NCBI RefSeq assembly: GCF_009914755.1
Contig: NC_060933.1
Strand: one strand, 5' to 3'
Length of the DNA: 64,000 bases
From: the human T2T-CHM13v2.0 reference genome, Homo sapiens
Part shown: one piece after another, positions 37,069 to 64,000 of the stretch
Position numbering within the stretch: position 1 is the first letter of the stretch
How the letters are laid out: each line of letters begins with the position of its first letter
Translations under genes and position numbers: made by a program
Notes under the pieces: generated by a model
Seen by the model: only the letters and a program-made list of their open reading frames with translations
The model's database searches: none
What the model was told of the DNA's origin: nothing

Positions 37069-38367
37069 CTGTGGGGGGCAGGAGGCACGTGGTCAGTTCC
37101 TCCAGGTCACGGGCTCCCCGCTCAAGGGGCCGTTCCCACCCCCTCCTCCCCCGCCGGGGGCTTACAAAGAGCGAGCCTTCCGCACGCGCCCTCCCCCGCC
37201 CCTCCTGGCTGGGACACTCCAGAGAAGGGACACGGGGTCTCCCAGACCCCCTGGCAGACGGGCAAGAGGGCCCGGCCAGCACTGCTGCAGATCCCCGGGG
37301 TGCTGCCCGGCAGGAGTGCGCCCACGCCACTCCCAGGGGGCTGCTCTTAGCGACTCGGTCTCAGCAGGCGAGGAGGAGCGCAGGCCTGAACCTGCCCCGG
37401 GACAGGAGGTGGGGGCCGCCGGGGGAGCCTCTGGGCAAACCTGCAGCCACTCTCCTCCCCTCAAAAAAGTTCCAGCCCGCACAGGAGCTCCCGGGAGGGG
37501 CCGCGCTGGAGCAGCGGGGAAGGAGGGAGGGAGGGGGGTCTCTGGAGCTGTGCAGTTTGCGGTTTGCTTTCCCTCTCTTCCCTCCGAGCAGCCTCGCAGA
37601 GGGCCCCTGCGGGGAAGGCGGGCCAGCGTCCCCTAGTCCCCCTGAGCCTCCCGGGCAGGTAGGGAATGGCTGGGGGTGCCGGGAAGTCCGCTGAAGCCGC
37701 GTCCACTCCTCCCTCGCGCAGAGAGACCACCCTGGGCGCGCCCGCTCCGTTCTCCCGTGCTCTCCCGGCTCGGACCAGACCCAGGTTCCCAAGCCGCCGC
37801 CAGGGCAGGAGTTGGGAAGCCTGTCGCAGCCCCACTCGCGGACGCCCCCCACCCCGCTCGCCTCGCTCCCCACGCGGGCCAATCCCGACGGCCCGGCCCC
37901 AACCCAGGTGACTACAGGGGTCCCAGCCCTCGCCGGGCTGCCCGGACCCCGGGGCTGGGAGCTGGGGAGGGCGCCGCTGTTTATCTGGTGCGGACTCCGG
38001 AGGGGGCGGGGGCGGCCCAGAAGGCGCCAGCCCAACTCCGCAGGGCCGCACAAAGGCCGCTGTGTCCCACGGGAGGAAAGTGCGGGCGCGCCGCAGAGGC
38101 GCCGGGTGGCGGGAGGAGGGCGGAGCCACCGCGCCGGGAGCTGGGCAGGTGGACGCGCGCCGGGGGCGGCCCGCAGTGCCCCCGCTGCGGAGAAGTTGCC
38201 GGCCGGTCGGGAAGACCTACCTTCAGCCGCTGCGGCCGCCGGCCGGCACTGCCCGCTCCGCCTGGCAGGACAGGCTCCCCGCACGCAGCCCGCCTGCCCA
38301 GCTGCTCCGCGAATGCAGCAAACGGAGCGGGAGCCCTGGGGCGGGGAGGGCGCAGGGAGCCGGCAAG

Positions 38368-38427
38368 GAGGAGGAGGAGGAGGAGGAGGAGGAGGAGGAG
38401 ATGGTGGAGGAGGAGGAGGAGGAGGAG
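38368..38427 (+). repeat. Interrupted trinucleotide repeat (GAG)11 ATGGTG (GAG)7
   Basis: Counted directly. Confidence 0.95.
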
Positions 38428-41400
38428 GGCAGAGCGCCTGGGCGCTGGGCTCGCGGCCGCAGCTCAGCTGCACCCAGGCCGGCCCTCCCGGGCAGCGCAC
38501 CGCATCTCAATGAAGGGGCCGGATGCAGACGAACGTTCCGGCGGCTCGGGAATGAATAGCCGCCTTTGATTTGGGAGCCGAAGTAAATGCCAGCTCCCAG
38601 CCCCGGCTTTAAAAACAGTGGAGTGTTGGTGCCAGAGGAATGCGCGGCCCCGGGTGCTGGTACGAGACAGACTTTTGATGACTCACTGCAATGCAAACAA
38701 AGATGGCAGAAATACTGTACAGTAGTGGAGAAATGCTTCCCGGTGCCACGGCAACTGAGACAGCCTGGAAATTTATGGTGCAGTTTTGCATATGAATTAC
38801 CCAGTAAACTGCCTCCCGGCCTTCCAGGACAGCCCCAGTGTCAAAGCATTTAAACTATTCCAAACAGTCTGCAGAGCTGGCAGAGCTGAACTCCTCCAGC
38901 GAGGGTGGGGAATGGGCAGAGGCGCCAGGGGGAGGGGGTGAGGGGGTCAGGACAGCTAGGGGAGCCAGGGAAGGGGAGGGGAGGTACAGCAGGGGGTGAA
39001 GAGAGGCACAGAAACGGCAGGCAGTGGGTGGGCGAGGCGGCACCCCAGGTCCTGGGGGCCTTAGAGCTGTGTCCTCTGCCCAGGCGGCAGGCCCGGGAGT
39101 CCAGCCCCAGCACCCCTCCCCATCCCACTCCCAGCGCCCTCCTGGCACTTTAAGAAAAGAGCGACTTTGTGGCCGGGCAACCAGGAGCCGGAAGGGGCAG
39201 CCCCGCCTGAGAGGTCCCAGCAGAGGGCAAAGCGGCCGCCTCGCTCCTCCCGCACACTCCTGGCTGCGGCCACACAGGCTGCACCTCCTGCCCAAGGGGG
39301 TCTGCAGCGTCTGGCTGTTATTGAGCCTTTTCCTGGGAAGGGGCTGCTGCTGTGCAGGACTTGTGGTGGCCCCGGGACCCCTCCAGAGAATGTGTACTTC
39401 ATCCTGGGCTCATACCACCCTCTCTGCGTGGGGCCCTGAGGCTGACCTCTGGACTGCCCAGCCTCAGTTTCCCTGCCACTGGCTGTGACCCCCAGGAAGA
39501 GCACATTCCACCCAAAAGAAGGGGCAGGGTCCAGGCTCGAGGCCTTGAGGTGAGCCCCCTCCTGCTTGGCCAGCTGCCTCCACCACCCTCGGGGTAACCC
39601 TGGCAGCAGGATGCGGAGGAGGCCCGAACAGGCCTGGTGGGAGGCAAGGCGACACAGCCCTGCCCCTCACTCCCGGCGCCCCTCTGAGGCATCCGGAGAC
39701 CAGAGAGAGGGCCATCTGGCTCCTCCCTAGTCACACACCATGGGCTCAGCTTCTCCAGACCAGACAAAAAGCCACTGAATGGGGACGGGAAGAGATCCAG
39801 GTGCGGGGAAGCTGCCGGCAAAGGCCCGTGGAGGTGGCTTCGTGCCTAGTGTTTTCTGCCTCCTACAAGGGGCTGGTGACAACTCAAGGAGACTGGGATG
39901 GGGGCGTTTACAGAAACGTCCCCACTCGGCCATGCTGATGAGCTGGGCTCCACCGGGCCAGGAGACACAGGGCCCAGCTGTCACCCTCCCCGCCACACCC
40001 TCCACCCTCAGGTCCCCACTTAGTTTCTGCCTCATCCAGGAAGTCTGCCAAGTGCCCTCATAAGCTCGGCAAGGGCTGAATGCTGGACACAACCCGGGCA
40101 GGGGGGTACAAGAGAGGGGCCTGTGCAACACAGCACAGAGGGCAGAGGCCCCTAGACAGCTCCCTTCACAGACCCACTGCACCCACCACCAGGAGCCTCC
40201 CAGAGAGCCCGTGGCTTCTGTTGTGGGCAACTTCGCCCCAAGGACAGGGGGGTAGGGATGTCTGAGTCATACAGGGGCTTTTGTACCAAAAGAGGGGACA
40301 GGCAGAGGCCAGCACGGCGCACCGGTTCCTGGGGGTCCCAAGTACCTGGGCTGGGTAGGGCAGCAGCCAGGGCTGACACAGACAGCAAGGGACAATGTAG
40401 GCTCTCAGCCTGTCCCTTCCAGCAGCAAGAGGGTCCTGGCCTGTTGGCAAGGCTGAAATCCTAGGTCCCGTGGGCACCAGCCACTTCCTGTAAGGACACC
40501 TCAGCCTCAGACGCTGAGCTGTGAACTGGGGTTATGATTTACCCTCAGATGGTTCCTGGGGGTGAATGGAACAATGTTTGTGAAGCCGGCGGCTGAAGCC
40601 TCACACACAGAAAGCCGGTGATGCCTGCAACCTGCTGTGACCTGGGCAGGAGAGCAGCTCTCAGCTGGGCATCCAGGTGGGCGTCTTAACGCCCAGCCCA
40701 GTTCGGCCTGCGTCCGCACCTCAGGAGCTGGAGCCCCAGGGCTGGGGGACAGACCAGCTCTCCCAGAGAAGGGACCATTATTCCCTTTGAAGGTGATGGG
40801 GCCGTGTGGTCCCTGGGGATCGAGGACAACTGGAGCTTTTGCTGGCTTGTCCTCAGGCCACCTGCACCGGTGAGGCTGCAGCCCCACGCCCCAGCCTGCT
40901 GAGAGCCGGACAGGAGCTGGTTTTAGGTTGCTTTCTTGGAAGGCTCAAGAACAAAGCTGAACTTTAGGAGAAAAGAATAAAATAAAGGCTTGGCTCACGC
41001 CCCCAGGGCCAGGAAAGCAGACACACGGGGGCTGACCCTCCTGCTACACCCAGAGAGGAGGGGGCCGAGGGCCCAGGTGGGCCCAGGGACGTGAGCAGAG
41101 CTGTCTGCTCAGGAGGGCAGGGGCCAAGCCTGGTTCTCAGACATCAGGGCATCCCCACCCTCCCCTGCACATTCTCCAGTGACTCAGTTTCCCCACCACT
41201 TTGCTTCCCAAGCAACACCTCCTATTGTTTCCCCTTCTCGGTGAGATTCAACACACTCATTCACTTATGGAAAGTTCTGCAGAGCCAGGCAAAAAATCAG
41301 AGGTCGCCAACTTTGTTTACCCCAGCCATCCTCAGGGTTGTGGCACCAACGACCCTTGCTCTCAAAACGCCCTTCAGAACAGAACCCACTTTGGAGAACC

Positions 41401-42879
41401 TCTGCAGGTGACCCAAGGCCCGAGTCCACTCCCTGCAGCTGTGCCAGCCTTCGGTGCCCCACCCCACACAGACACACAGAGGAGGCTGGGTTCCTCTGAG
41501 CCCACAAGCCACCCTCAGGAATAAGAAAATACAGGTGGCTGTGGTGTCGGAGTGGGGGGTCTCTCCTCTGCAGAGCCTCACTTGAGGAAGGCTGAGATCC
41601 AGGCCTGCCCTGCCCTGGGGTTAGGGGTTGCCCACCATGATGAGCCCCATACCCAGCAACCTGCCGATGGGTGAGAGGAGCCCGCGGGGAGGACAGGGGC
41701 TCACTGGAACTGCAGCCAGACGCGCACACAGGGGTTGGGGCAGCGTCTCCAGAACGACCCCCCTGCCTGAGTGTCGTCCCGGCAGGATTCACACAAGGAC
41801 ACAGGTTACAAGGTTGGTGCCAGGCCAGGGCACCTGGGTCCTGGCATCAAGTACCCAGGAGCAGAGGCTCTGGCAGGTACAAGACCCCTGAAAGCATCCC
41901 CCAGGCCAGAGGACTGGGACAGGGACCAGTCAGGCAGCCCAACAGGAGGAGCCCTTTTCCTGGGGCCCAGCCAGGCAGCTCCATGGTCTGAGGGCCTCGC
42001 CCAGAGTCCCCAGAAACCCTGCCCCCTCCACCCCTAGATTGTAAAGCACTTTCTAAGCCCAGCACAGCAAACCAGAGGAATGCGGCACTGAATTTCTGCA
42101 GGATCACCACCAGCAAGGGGAAGGGAGGCGAGAAAAATTAAATTAAATTAAATTATCTTGCAGGATTTAATTTCACCAATCTAATAAGAGGTTCTGGACC
42201 TCAGCAAATGCACAGCCATTAAACACGTGGTAGAGGAAGGAGAGAGGCGGGGCACGGGAAACGTTCTGCGGAGGGGAGAGTCCCTCTACCCCGAGCCCCG
42301 GCCCCTGGTGGAGACTGCCTGGCAGTTAGTTAAGTGAGGACATCTCCTGAAAGGTCAATCGAAGGCGCTCCTGGAGCGTGAGAAGGTGTGGGGATGGGGC
42401 GGGCCTGCTGTGCCAGGTGCTCTGGAGTCAGCAGGAGCACAGGGGGTGTTAGGAATACAGTCTGGGGGCTGCTTCCCCGTGGACCTTGCCCACCTCCGCG
42501 CAACGCCTTCCCTTTCCCATACGGTGCAGGCTCCAGGAGGATTTGCTTTGACCCTATACCTTCAGAAAAGAGGCCCTAGGGAGGACAAGGGGGCGGCAGG
42601 GGGCCCGGAGGTTAACCCTGGGGGGTAGAGGCTGCCCAGCTCCGGATGTGCCAGGGCCTCAGGGAGCTGGGTGTGGCACCAGCTTAGCCCTCAGGTTTGC
42701 ATTAAACTTTTAAAATGCCAGAAAGCAGAGCTGGGCTGCCCGGAGGCCTGGCTGCTAATGGAACCACCAGCTCCATGCAGATGAGATGCAGCAGCTCTGG
42801 GCCAGGGCCCTCGGCGGCCAGGAACTCCCCCCAACCCCGAGGCCCCCACAAAAGCCAGGATGGCGTGTGCCGTGTGCTC

Positions 42880-42930
42880 ACCTCCCCGCTACTGGACATA
42901 CAGATGAGGAAACTGAGACCTCACAGTCGG
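42880..42930 (+). mobile_element. MIR core remnant
   Basis: ACAGATGAGGAAACTGAG core motif. Confidence 0.6.
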
Positions 42931-45014
42931 GAGGCAGCGGGGCCAGGCCCCTAGCCATCATCCTTCCTGGGTGGTCTCTGGTCATCAAGTCACAAGAGCC
43001 AGAGAGGATGCCTGGCCCCGCCCAACAGACCCCGGGTAGCTACGACCCTGACCTGCCAGGGCCCTAAGGACTCTGTGGCAGAGAGGAGAGTTCCACCCAG
43101 GAAAGGGGCGCAAAGGCCCCCAGCTTCAGGGTCACAGAGGTACGGGGGGTCTCTGGGATGACGGGCCCCCTCGGACTATCACTGTCGCCCCAGCCTGGGA
43201 GGTGGAGGAGAGCCATGCAGGGCTGGGCCCAGGCCGGGCTCTCTCCGTTCAGCCAGGTCCCTAGGCGGCTTCTACCCCAGACCACAAGCCAGGGCCAGCA
43301 TCAGCCATCAGAGCCGGCGGTAACTGCACTAAGGAACATCTGCCTGGAAGCTTTCTTCCCAGATGGAGAAGGGCAGTACTCCAGGACCTGCAAATCCACA
43401 ATTCCGTGTATCAGCCCTTCCTCTCGGCCACCCGTGGGCAGGCCCACAGATAGAGGGGATGAAGCCAGGGACACAGCAGGGGGTCTCTGGACAGCACAGC
43501 CCCCAGCCCCCACCCCCAGGGTGGGCCTCCAGCAGCCAGTACCTCGAGGGAGGGCTGGGAGGACGCTCCATCCTCGGCAGCAGCAGGCTCTGCGTCCGAT
43601 AGGGCCTTGTGGGGTGCCCGTGGCGTTGGCTCTGCCGGGGGTCTGGTCCAGGGGCCTGTGTGACTGAGCCGAGCCCTGCGCTTATGGGGAATGACCCAAG
43701 CAGCCACGGCTCACCTGAGGCATGGCCCCTGGCCACCAACACGCTCATCTCTAACCTTCACTTGCAGAATATTCTTTCTTATGGGTAAGGACTTGGGGGA
43801 CAAACACAGCACAGACTGTCAACAGGGATGGCTCAGAGGAAGAGAATGACTCGAAGGGTGGGGAGGGACAGCTGGGGCTGGGGTGGCTCCTGTTGAGCCC
43901 CAGATCCGCCCTATGGCCCCACCCCAGCCAGCAGACCCACTGGGTCCACACACTGTGGGATGCTCCCTCACACCACAAAACATTCTAGAAGGTTTCCAAA
44001 GAATTAAGCTGTGTTTCGAAAAGAGCCGACAATCTCCCTCACCCATATTTGTAATTTAAATAACGTAAGCTTGAAGAGCGTCTCCCTCGGGCATAGTTTA
44101 ATAACTTAAAAAGCCAGCGCCAGCTCCAGCGCAGGGCCCCCTCCTCCCCCAGGGCTGCAGTAGGGTCTCCCCTGCACCGGCTCGGCCGGGTGGAAGCTGA
44201 GATTGGGGCTGCCCAGGCGGAGCGGCCGGGAGGGGAAGCACCCTCCTCACTCGCTCACCCCCTCTCTTGATGGCCTGGAGCAGCTGTGGCCTGATCATCA
44301 CCACTGGGGCCGGGGGTTGTGGAAGCGGTCGGATCCCAGGCACCGACAGTCAGAGGTGGGCAATGGGAGGCGGTCTGGAGCGTGCTGGGCCCCGCTGCTG
44401 GTCACCCAGCCCATTAGAGACGGCGACTTCGCGGCACACTCTCATGGTTAATATTCATAGCTCTCCTCATCTGCATATCATGCCATAAATAGTGAGGCGA
44501 GGTAAGACACAAAGCTCCCCTGCATTTCTAATTATGCTTAAAACTCTCATGTAAATCAGAGCGACACAGAAACACTACATCAGCCACTGGGGGCGGGGGG
44601 GGCCCAATGACGCCTGGAGCCACACGCCTCTAGGCCCTGGCTGGCAAGGGGGCTGCTGGCACCACCTCCGCCTGGAGTTGGGCAGCAGGGAACCCAGGCT
44701 ATGTCCTTGGGGTCACCAACCTCGCCCTGCCTTTGCCCCAAAGGGCGAACTACAGGGCAGACACCCGCAGCACCTCATGGCCACCTCCATCCCTGCCCCA
44801 CCCCATCCTGCCCGGTCCCCACGGCTCCCAGTGCCTGGCCCAGGCCCTTCCCAGCCAGGGACCCGGGATTCCCATCCTCAGGGGTGTCCGGCGGAAGCAG
44901 CAGGCACCTGCTCAGGAGGGGGCTCCGGAGGCTCCCCAGGGCCCTGGCCATCCATATTTTACCCTCTGGACATTCCTGTCTGGGACCTGGGCTTTCTCAG
45001 CTCTTCAGAAAGAT

Positions 45015-45240
45015 GGGATGTTGGATACACACGGACATAAACATGGGAATGACAGACTCTAGGAACAACAGGATGAGGGAGGGAAGAGGGCAAAGGCTGA
45101 AAACTAACCCACCGGGTACCATGCTCACCACCTGAGTGACGAGCTCGATCGCAACCCACCTCAGCATCGCACCATGCACCCAGGTGACAAACCTGTACAC
45201 GTATCTCTGAATCGAAAATAAAAGTTGAAAAAAGGAAAAG
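45015..45240 (+). mobile_element. Short L1P-type 3' end fragment
   Basis: CCTCAGCATCGCACCATGCACCCAGGTGACAAACCTGTACACGTATCTCTGAATCGAAAATAAAAGTTG. Confidence 0.75.
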
Positions 45241-48200
45241 ATTCAACTCACACAGCACCGGAGATTCGGAATAGCCCCCACCTGCACACTTCGGGCAATG
45301 CCTCACGCTGGGGCATGGGATTGGACAAAAGTCCTTGGCAGAGCTCAAGCCATGGAGGGGACGCAGGGGCCGGGGCAGGATGGTCTCCTGACCGCCACCC
45401 CACCCCAGTGGATAGCGCTGCCCCTGGATGGGTAGCAGAGGCCCAGGTGTGGGAGGCGTGACTCTGGCCCCTGGGCCCCGCCCTCCTGTCTGCAGGGAGA
45501 GGCAGTGTGGGGGCTGTAGAGGGAAGGTGCTGGGTCAGGGGCAGGGGAGAAGCGTGATCTGGAACCCACATCAGAGCCTGAGACAGCCCCAACCCCTGCA
45601 AGCAGCACAGAAACAATCACAGGGTCCCTGGAGATGAAGCTTTAGCTGGGACATCTGGGGGCAAAACTGCCACCCAGTGAGCCCAGGAGCAGGGCCATTC
45701 CCCGGGACTAGGGACACCCTCAGGGCTAAGGCCAAAGGTGCCCAGGCCAGAGCCACACGCACAGGGGCCCGCAGAGCTAAGCAAGGGGCACAGCCATGCT
45801 TGGTGTCCAGATGCATGCACCAGCCCATCCGGAGCAGGGCCCTAGGACATGCCAGCTCAGCACCTCCAGAGAGAAGCCAGCACGGGGGCTGCGCGAGAGG
45901 CCCCAGAGCCCAGACCTGGCGCTCCTGAGAAAGTGGACAGCGGCAGCCCAAGGGGAGTGACCTGAACTCTGGCTGGGAAACCCCACCCGGGCCGCCTCCT
46001 TGGGTGTGTGGTCCACTCAGGGAGCTGGGGGGTTGCCGAAGTCGGCTAGACGTTAAACAAAAGGCAAGTCCCTCCTCCAGCAACGCGTCCAGGTCAGCAG
46101 GCCCAGCAAGGAACCTGAGCAGGCCGCAGGGCCGGGACTTCCAGCCGGCCACGGGGACACCCTGCATACGGCTGGCCTTGGTCCTCTCCACCATGACAAG
46201 GACGGGACAGCCTGCCTTGGGCAGGGCTGCTGGCTACATGGGGACTGTTGGGCCTGTGTGTGTATCCGTGTGGCCCATGAGCATGTCACCCGGCTTCCCC
46301 AGCCCTCTAGTCGGCCTGGCCTCCGTCAGAGTCCCTACCTCGCCGTCAAAAGGACCCCAACCCCTCCACCCTAACTCAATTGCAGCCAAGACCCACCCCG
46401 ATGTCCTGACCAGCAGAGAGGGGCCGCACCCTGTCCCCTCCTCAGGGCGCACGGGGAGCCGCCTCGGGGGACCTGCAGGAGGCACAGGGCCGAGGGACAC
46501 AGGGTGACCCCACTCTGCCATGAGACAGGGATGCAGAGATGCCGGCTGCCCGCATCTGCCCTGGCGGCATGCCCAGACCTATTTTTAAGCCCATTTACTA
46601 GAAATCCCACAAATTAAAGGAAGTACGGATAATGTAGTAAGAATCCTAGGGGCCAAATGAAAGCTGCCACATAATTGTCCTCGTGCGCCAGTGTGAGAAT
46701 CTTAACCACAAAACCCAAATCTCCCAAAGCTCTTTTGCAACACCGAAGAATCTTGTGTAAAAGAGGGAAAAACGGCGGAAGGTGGGGAGGCCTGCACTTG
46801 GCTTTGGGATCACGGGGAGGCCCTGGAGCCGGCTGGGCTGCCTTTAAGCCGGGGCCATAAAAGGTAATTACCGATATGAAAAATAAAGACCATAAATACA
46901 AACACCCAACTTCTACAGCTCGGGAATGGCAACTGTGAAACTGTGGCAGCAGGCGCTTCTTTCCAGAAGACAGGGCCAGGCCCAGGCCCCATCCCTCTCC
47001 CCTCCCTGAGGGTCAGCTCCACACTGGGGCCGGGTGGGGGGTGCCACTCTGCCTTGACTCATCTGGTTCAGTCCCTGGCCCGAGAAGGCCAAGCCCTGCT
47101 TGATCCTCCCTGGCCAAGGCCGCACCCCAGCACCACATGCTTAGCCCCGTCGGGTCTCAAAGGTGCCAGTGGGGGCTGCAGGACGCTCCCAGGTGAAGAG
47201 CGTGAGAAACATAGCCGGTGAGCACGGAGCCATCAGGGGGACCCTCAGAGCCCTGGGCACGTCCCCACCAGCCTGCCGGTCTCCAGGCTTCAGCCCTCCC
47301 CTGCTCATCCCTCCCACCAGACATGGCTATCCAGGGATCTGCCAGCCGACTAGAGCCTTCTCCTCTGCATCCAGGAAGCCCCCCAACACAGCCAGTCCCT
47401 GAGAGACTGGGTACAGGGGTCCGGGGGAAGGTGAAAGGGGGAGGGGAGGGTGTCACCCCAGGATGCCCTGGCCTGAGGCCATGGTTTGTTCTGCACCATC
47501 ACAGGGTGGGGACAAGGGCCCCCTGGTTCTGTCACATACTGGAACGGACGGACACCCCCTCAGTGGCTAGGGGAGGAGGAACAATGCCAGGTAAGGGGCT
47601 CCTCTTCTGCCTCCTCCCCTTGAATGCCCCTAAACCCCATCCGGGTCTGCACAGCCCCCACCGTGAGCTCAGACTGTGCCGGCTACCGGGGTCTCCCACT
47701 GCCTGGTCGGGAGGGACAGGCCAGGACTCCTGACACCCCAGCTGGAGTGGTCACCAAACCCAGGCTGCCCCAGCCTCCAGCCACTGGGACCCACAGCAGG
47801 CTCTGCCCATGGCGGCAGCTCCGTTTCCCGGGCACTCACCACACAGAGGCACAGCCCTCAGATAGAGGGGTCCCCTCCCTCCAGGCCCAGATGCTGGAGG
47901 TCACCAGGCCCAGCTCCCAGGCTGCCCCCTCACCCAGGAACCCTGACCATTGAGGGGCCCATGGCATTTGGCCGCAGGAAGGGGCTGGAGGCAGAGAGAA
48001 GGCAGCTGGGGTAGGGGAAGGCGGATGGATGGGCCGTGCTGATTGTACCCAAGAGGATGCGTGTACACGTTCGGGGGTTGAGACCCTGTGCGGCTCACAC
48101 CTGGACCCAGCAGGTCTACCCCAGCCCCCAGCCTCAGCCCTCACACGGCCAGGTGGCAACATCCTCCTGGTCAGAAAGAGGCAGATCGGAGGTCTAGCAG

Positions 48201-48326
48201 GCTCAGGAACCAGCGAGAAGCCAGGTGGGTGGGCGGGGACAAGCACATGAAGCAGATACAGATACAGAGTACAGAGGCCCAGGTACAATGGCCCAGGTAC
48301 AGAGCAGGCCATTACGAAAAGTTGGT

Positions 48327-55111
<6,785 letters not shown>

Positions 55112-55382
55112 TATACTAAAAACCACTAAATTATACAGTGTATGAGTGAATTGTATGGCATGTAAACTGTCTCAATAAAGATGTCATTTCAAAAATAAAA
55201 ACACAGATAAACCAAAAGGAAATTTTAAAAATCGAGTGGCTCACAGGAAGGCAGGAAAAAGAAACAAAAGATAGAACAGAATCAAAAACTAAAATAGGAG
55301 ACAAGGCCTCAGTACATCAATAATTCCATTAAATGTAAATGATCTAAATACACCCATTAAAAGACAGAGATTGAAAGAATAC

Positions 55383-55671
55383 TTTTTTTTTTTTTTTTTA
55401 AAGATGGAGTTTTACTCTTGTTGCCCAGGCTGGAGTTTAATGGCACAATCTCGGCTCTGTCTCCCAGGTTCAAGCAATTCTCCTGCCTTAGCCTCCCAAG
55501 TAGCCAGGATTAAAGGCATGTGCCACCACACCCAACTAATTTTTTGTATTTTTAGTAGAGACGGGGTTTCACCAAGTTGGCCAGGCTGGTCTCAAACTCC
55601 TGACCTTGTGGTCTGCCCGCCTCGGCCTCCCAAAGTGCTGGGATCATAGGCGTGAACTGCCGTGCCCAGCC
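55383..55671 (-). mobile_element. Alu; the only - strand Alu seen in the intron-1 part of the window
   Basis: Antisense Alu consensus. Confidence 0.9.
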
Positions 55672-55732
55672 TGAGGTGAGTTTCTTTTAGATAGCATATA
55701 GCTGAGTCATATTTTAAAATGTATTCTATTGA

Positions 55733-64000
<8,268 letters not shown>

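Larger units (their letters stand above)
36100..38560. promoter_or_regulatory. CpG island over exon 2 and ~1.5 kb upstream; probable internal promoter
   Basis: Very high GC and CpG density by eye, with GC boxes (GGGGCGGGG near 38003-38011). Confidence 0.85.

Noticed and set aside
36218-37636. 472-aa + strand ORF antisense to exon 2
   Set aside because: Shadow ORF expected from GC-rich codon usage and the CpG island; no recognisable domain.
37361-38500. 379-aa poly-Pro ORF as an N-terminal extension of NACC2
   Set aside because: GTG start, and poly-Pro comes from the CCT repeat. If spliced at 38221 it stops at the TAG at 37057.

Overview
This is primate (almost certainly human) genomic DNA from inside NACC2 (BTB/POZ + BEN domain repressor; human 9q34.3 from memory), transcribed on the minus strand. 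Three coding exons are present and splice in frame at canonical GT-AG sites: 37068-36124 (59 nt 5'UTR plus 886 nt CDS, ATG at 37009), 2621-2457 (165 nt) and 160-55 (106 nt). The canonical first exon and the last exons lie outside the window. The rest is intronic and falls into blocks: GC-rich, repeat-poor 0-11 kb; L1/Alu-dense 11-31 kb; an Alu-free ~17 kb block around the CpG island (31-48 kb); and another L1/Alu-dense block at 48-64 kb. Nearly all other ORFs in the track are artefacts of high GC, Alus or low complexity. I found no CRISPR array, no RNA gene and no novel protein-coding system. The best leads are regulatory and testable: a uORF whose AUG is the first three bases of exon 2, a candidate alternative first exon carrying a CCT repeat, an exon-2 circRNA that would encode a BTB-only protein, two candidate poison exons beside large low-complexity tracts, a 35-bp direct repeat bracketing exon 3, a templated-insertion scar, and a four-level nested transposon. 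Repeat family names come from remembered consensus sequences, not from a RepeatMasker run.
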